Assembly (NCBI GenBank): GCA_038496445.1
Contig: JALMLS010000225.1
Span: forward strand, 74,510-138,509
DNA: 64,000 bases
Source of the DNA: Trichosphaerium sp. ATCC 40318
Taxonomy: Eukaryota; Protista; Tubulinea
Direction: 5' to 3'
The notes under the pieces are model-generated. The model searched no databases, was not told the origin of the DNA, and saw only the letters and a list, made by a program, of their open reading frames with translations. The first letter of the stretch is position 1. Every line of letters begins with the position of its first letter. Below are positions 62,190-64,000 of this stretch, piece after piece. The position numbers were made by a program, and so were the translations under genes.

Positions 62190-64000
62190 TTACATGCGCT
62201 TAACGCCTGAGACATCGTCAATGTCGTCGTTTTCATCGTCGTCATCATCATCGTCGTCGTCATCGTCATCATCCTCAGCATCAGCGTCACTCCAATCAGA
62301 GCTTGACTCTGTCCAACTCGTTCCAAAAAACTCATCGCTTCGTCGCAAAACTGACTCTAAATCCATCCTGCTCGCTCGACTTTCTGTTGTTAAAACTCGA
62401 ACTAATGCTTCTAACCGGGCTCGATCTTTTGGAAGTGGAGTTCCAGAGAGCTGAAACAAAAGGAGTGAGAAAAGCATAAAAAAAGCAAAGAAAAAAACTA
62501 TTGTACCTCAATCCACCGCTCTATTGTCTTGCCTACACCATAGCCATCAAAAGCCTTTGTGCAACAAAGATCCTTTGGTCTGTACTTTGGTGTACCAGGT
62601 ATAAAATCAGGTGTATGTTTACATAGATTAGAAAACGGACGACTTATCCCAAAGTCAATTAAACAAATACTCTAAAACAAAAAAAGTCAACAAAAAAGGA
62701 ACGTTCTATTAAAAAGTCAGACGCTGTGACGTACCTCTCCTTCCTTTTCCCACATTACATTACCTCGCTTTATATCGTGGTGCAAGTAACCACTTCTATG
62801 CATATTTGCTGTAGCAGTAATCAACTGTTTAGCACATATATTATATTGTTTTGGGTTTGGTAAACATCGAGCCAAAAGAGGCATAACAATGACCAAAGCA
62901 AGCTTCTAAACAAAACCATATTAACACCAAGCGTAGGCATACAACATGGTACAATAAATACGTACTACAGGATCGACATAGTAGTCTATAAGTTGTACAA
63001 TATGCTTCAAATTCTTCAACTCAAGCATAATATGAATTTCATCAATAAGATATAAAAATTTTGAACTAGGACATTCCGACATGGTGTATTCAATAAATTT
63101 GCCGGCTATAAATATAGGTGTTCCATTTGTTTTTTTAAACCTGGGTGGCAAGTCAATTATGACACAATGGGTAACGTGTGAACGAAAAAGCACAACCAAA
63201 ATTGAAAAAAATTGATTTAAACAGCTGATTTAGTTGATTTATTACCTTTCTAACAGTCCTCGTAGTAGTCTTGGTTTTATGAGAGAAAAGTACGTCTGTC
63301 CATTGATACCTTAAAAAGCCAATTAGCTATTTAAACAACAAAACCCAAAGAGGTAACGGCGAGCTTGAAAATTGTGAACAAAGCTGAAAAAAATCTCGAA
63401 ATAATTTTAACAGAAAAAAATATCGTAAAGAAATTCGCGTGTTTTAGGCGTTAACGCACTCTTTGTGTCGGTGAGGGCGTGCTAATATGCTATTGAATAT
63501 TGCGCGCCTCTTCATCAAGTAAAAGCACCTTATTGGACCAACCCTTAAAAGGAATTAGAATGAGCCAAAGTAATTTTTTGAATTAAAACACTTCTATACA
63601 ACGTACACGGCTATAAGTACCCAATCCCTTGGCCCGTGGTATACAAGAAAGACCGGAATAATCTGCCTCTATCACGACATTGGACTCACCCTCCCAAGCA
63701 TCAGAATCACCTTCTTCTTGCTACAAAGACAACAGGTCAATACAAAGAAAATGGCTTTTAAATAAAACACAAAAAAAAAACTGCCAACGTACATCGTCAA
63801 TTGAACAGTCTGTGTGATCGAACTCTTTCCAAGCATCCAATGATTCTCCATCATCCATATCAACCATATCAACCATATCTGAATCAGGTACAGAAGAAGG
63901 AGGTGGTTTTTGTAGTATAGGCAGGCTACATATGTTCACTTTAGGTTGATGTGTTTGTGGTTCTTTCTTCATCTCTTGTACTTGTTGGGTCTGAACTTGT
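62190..64000 (-). CDS. Protein kinase with acidic C-terminal tract, 5' end outside the window
   Basis: HIVQLIDYY, GYLHHDIKRGNVM, CLIDFG; poly-Asp tract near 62220-62280. 3' end uncertain. Confidence 0.78.

Noticed and set aside
1-64000. CRISPR arrays, rRNA or tRNA genes
   Set aside because: No repeat-spacer array or recognisable rRNA/tRNA seen by eye; a tRNA could have been missed without tRNAscan-SE.

Overview
AT-rich, gene-dense eukaryotic (protist-like) genomic DNA with many short spliceosomal introns, so the ORF track fragments most genes; gene models below were spliced by hand and exon edges are approximate. The most unusual locus is at 0.6-4.6 kb: an intron-containing Crypton-like tyrosine recombinase gene lies head-to-head with a 5'-truncated U2 snRNA copy, which is one arm of a 324-bp near-perfect inverted repeat whose other arm belongs to an intact U2 gene; each arm also carries an antisense 26-bp U2 fragment that breaks at the same U2 dinucleotide. 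Other highlights: an unassigned ~385-nt candidate Pol III structured RNA gene at 24.37-24.75 kb, two inferred GA-AG and three GC-AG introns, a recent Ty3/Gypsy insertion (identical 141-bp LTRs, 4-bp TSD) just after the start codon of an intronless F-box/LRR gene, a TRRAP fragment fused to an AlkB pseudogene, and an RTX-like repeat secreted protein. The rest is ordinary genes (CDK5RAP3, GH28, acyltransferase-3, ABCB6-like, tectonin, Pol iota, GH18, SASA esterase, kinases, GRAB golgin, GSTs, front-end desaturase). All family calls are from motif recognition by eye; no database search was run.
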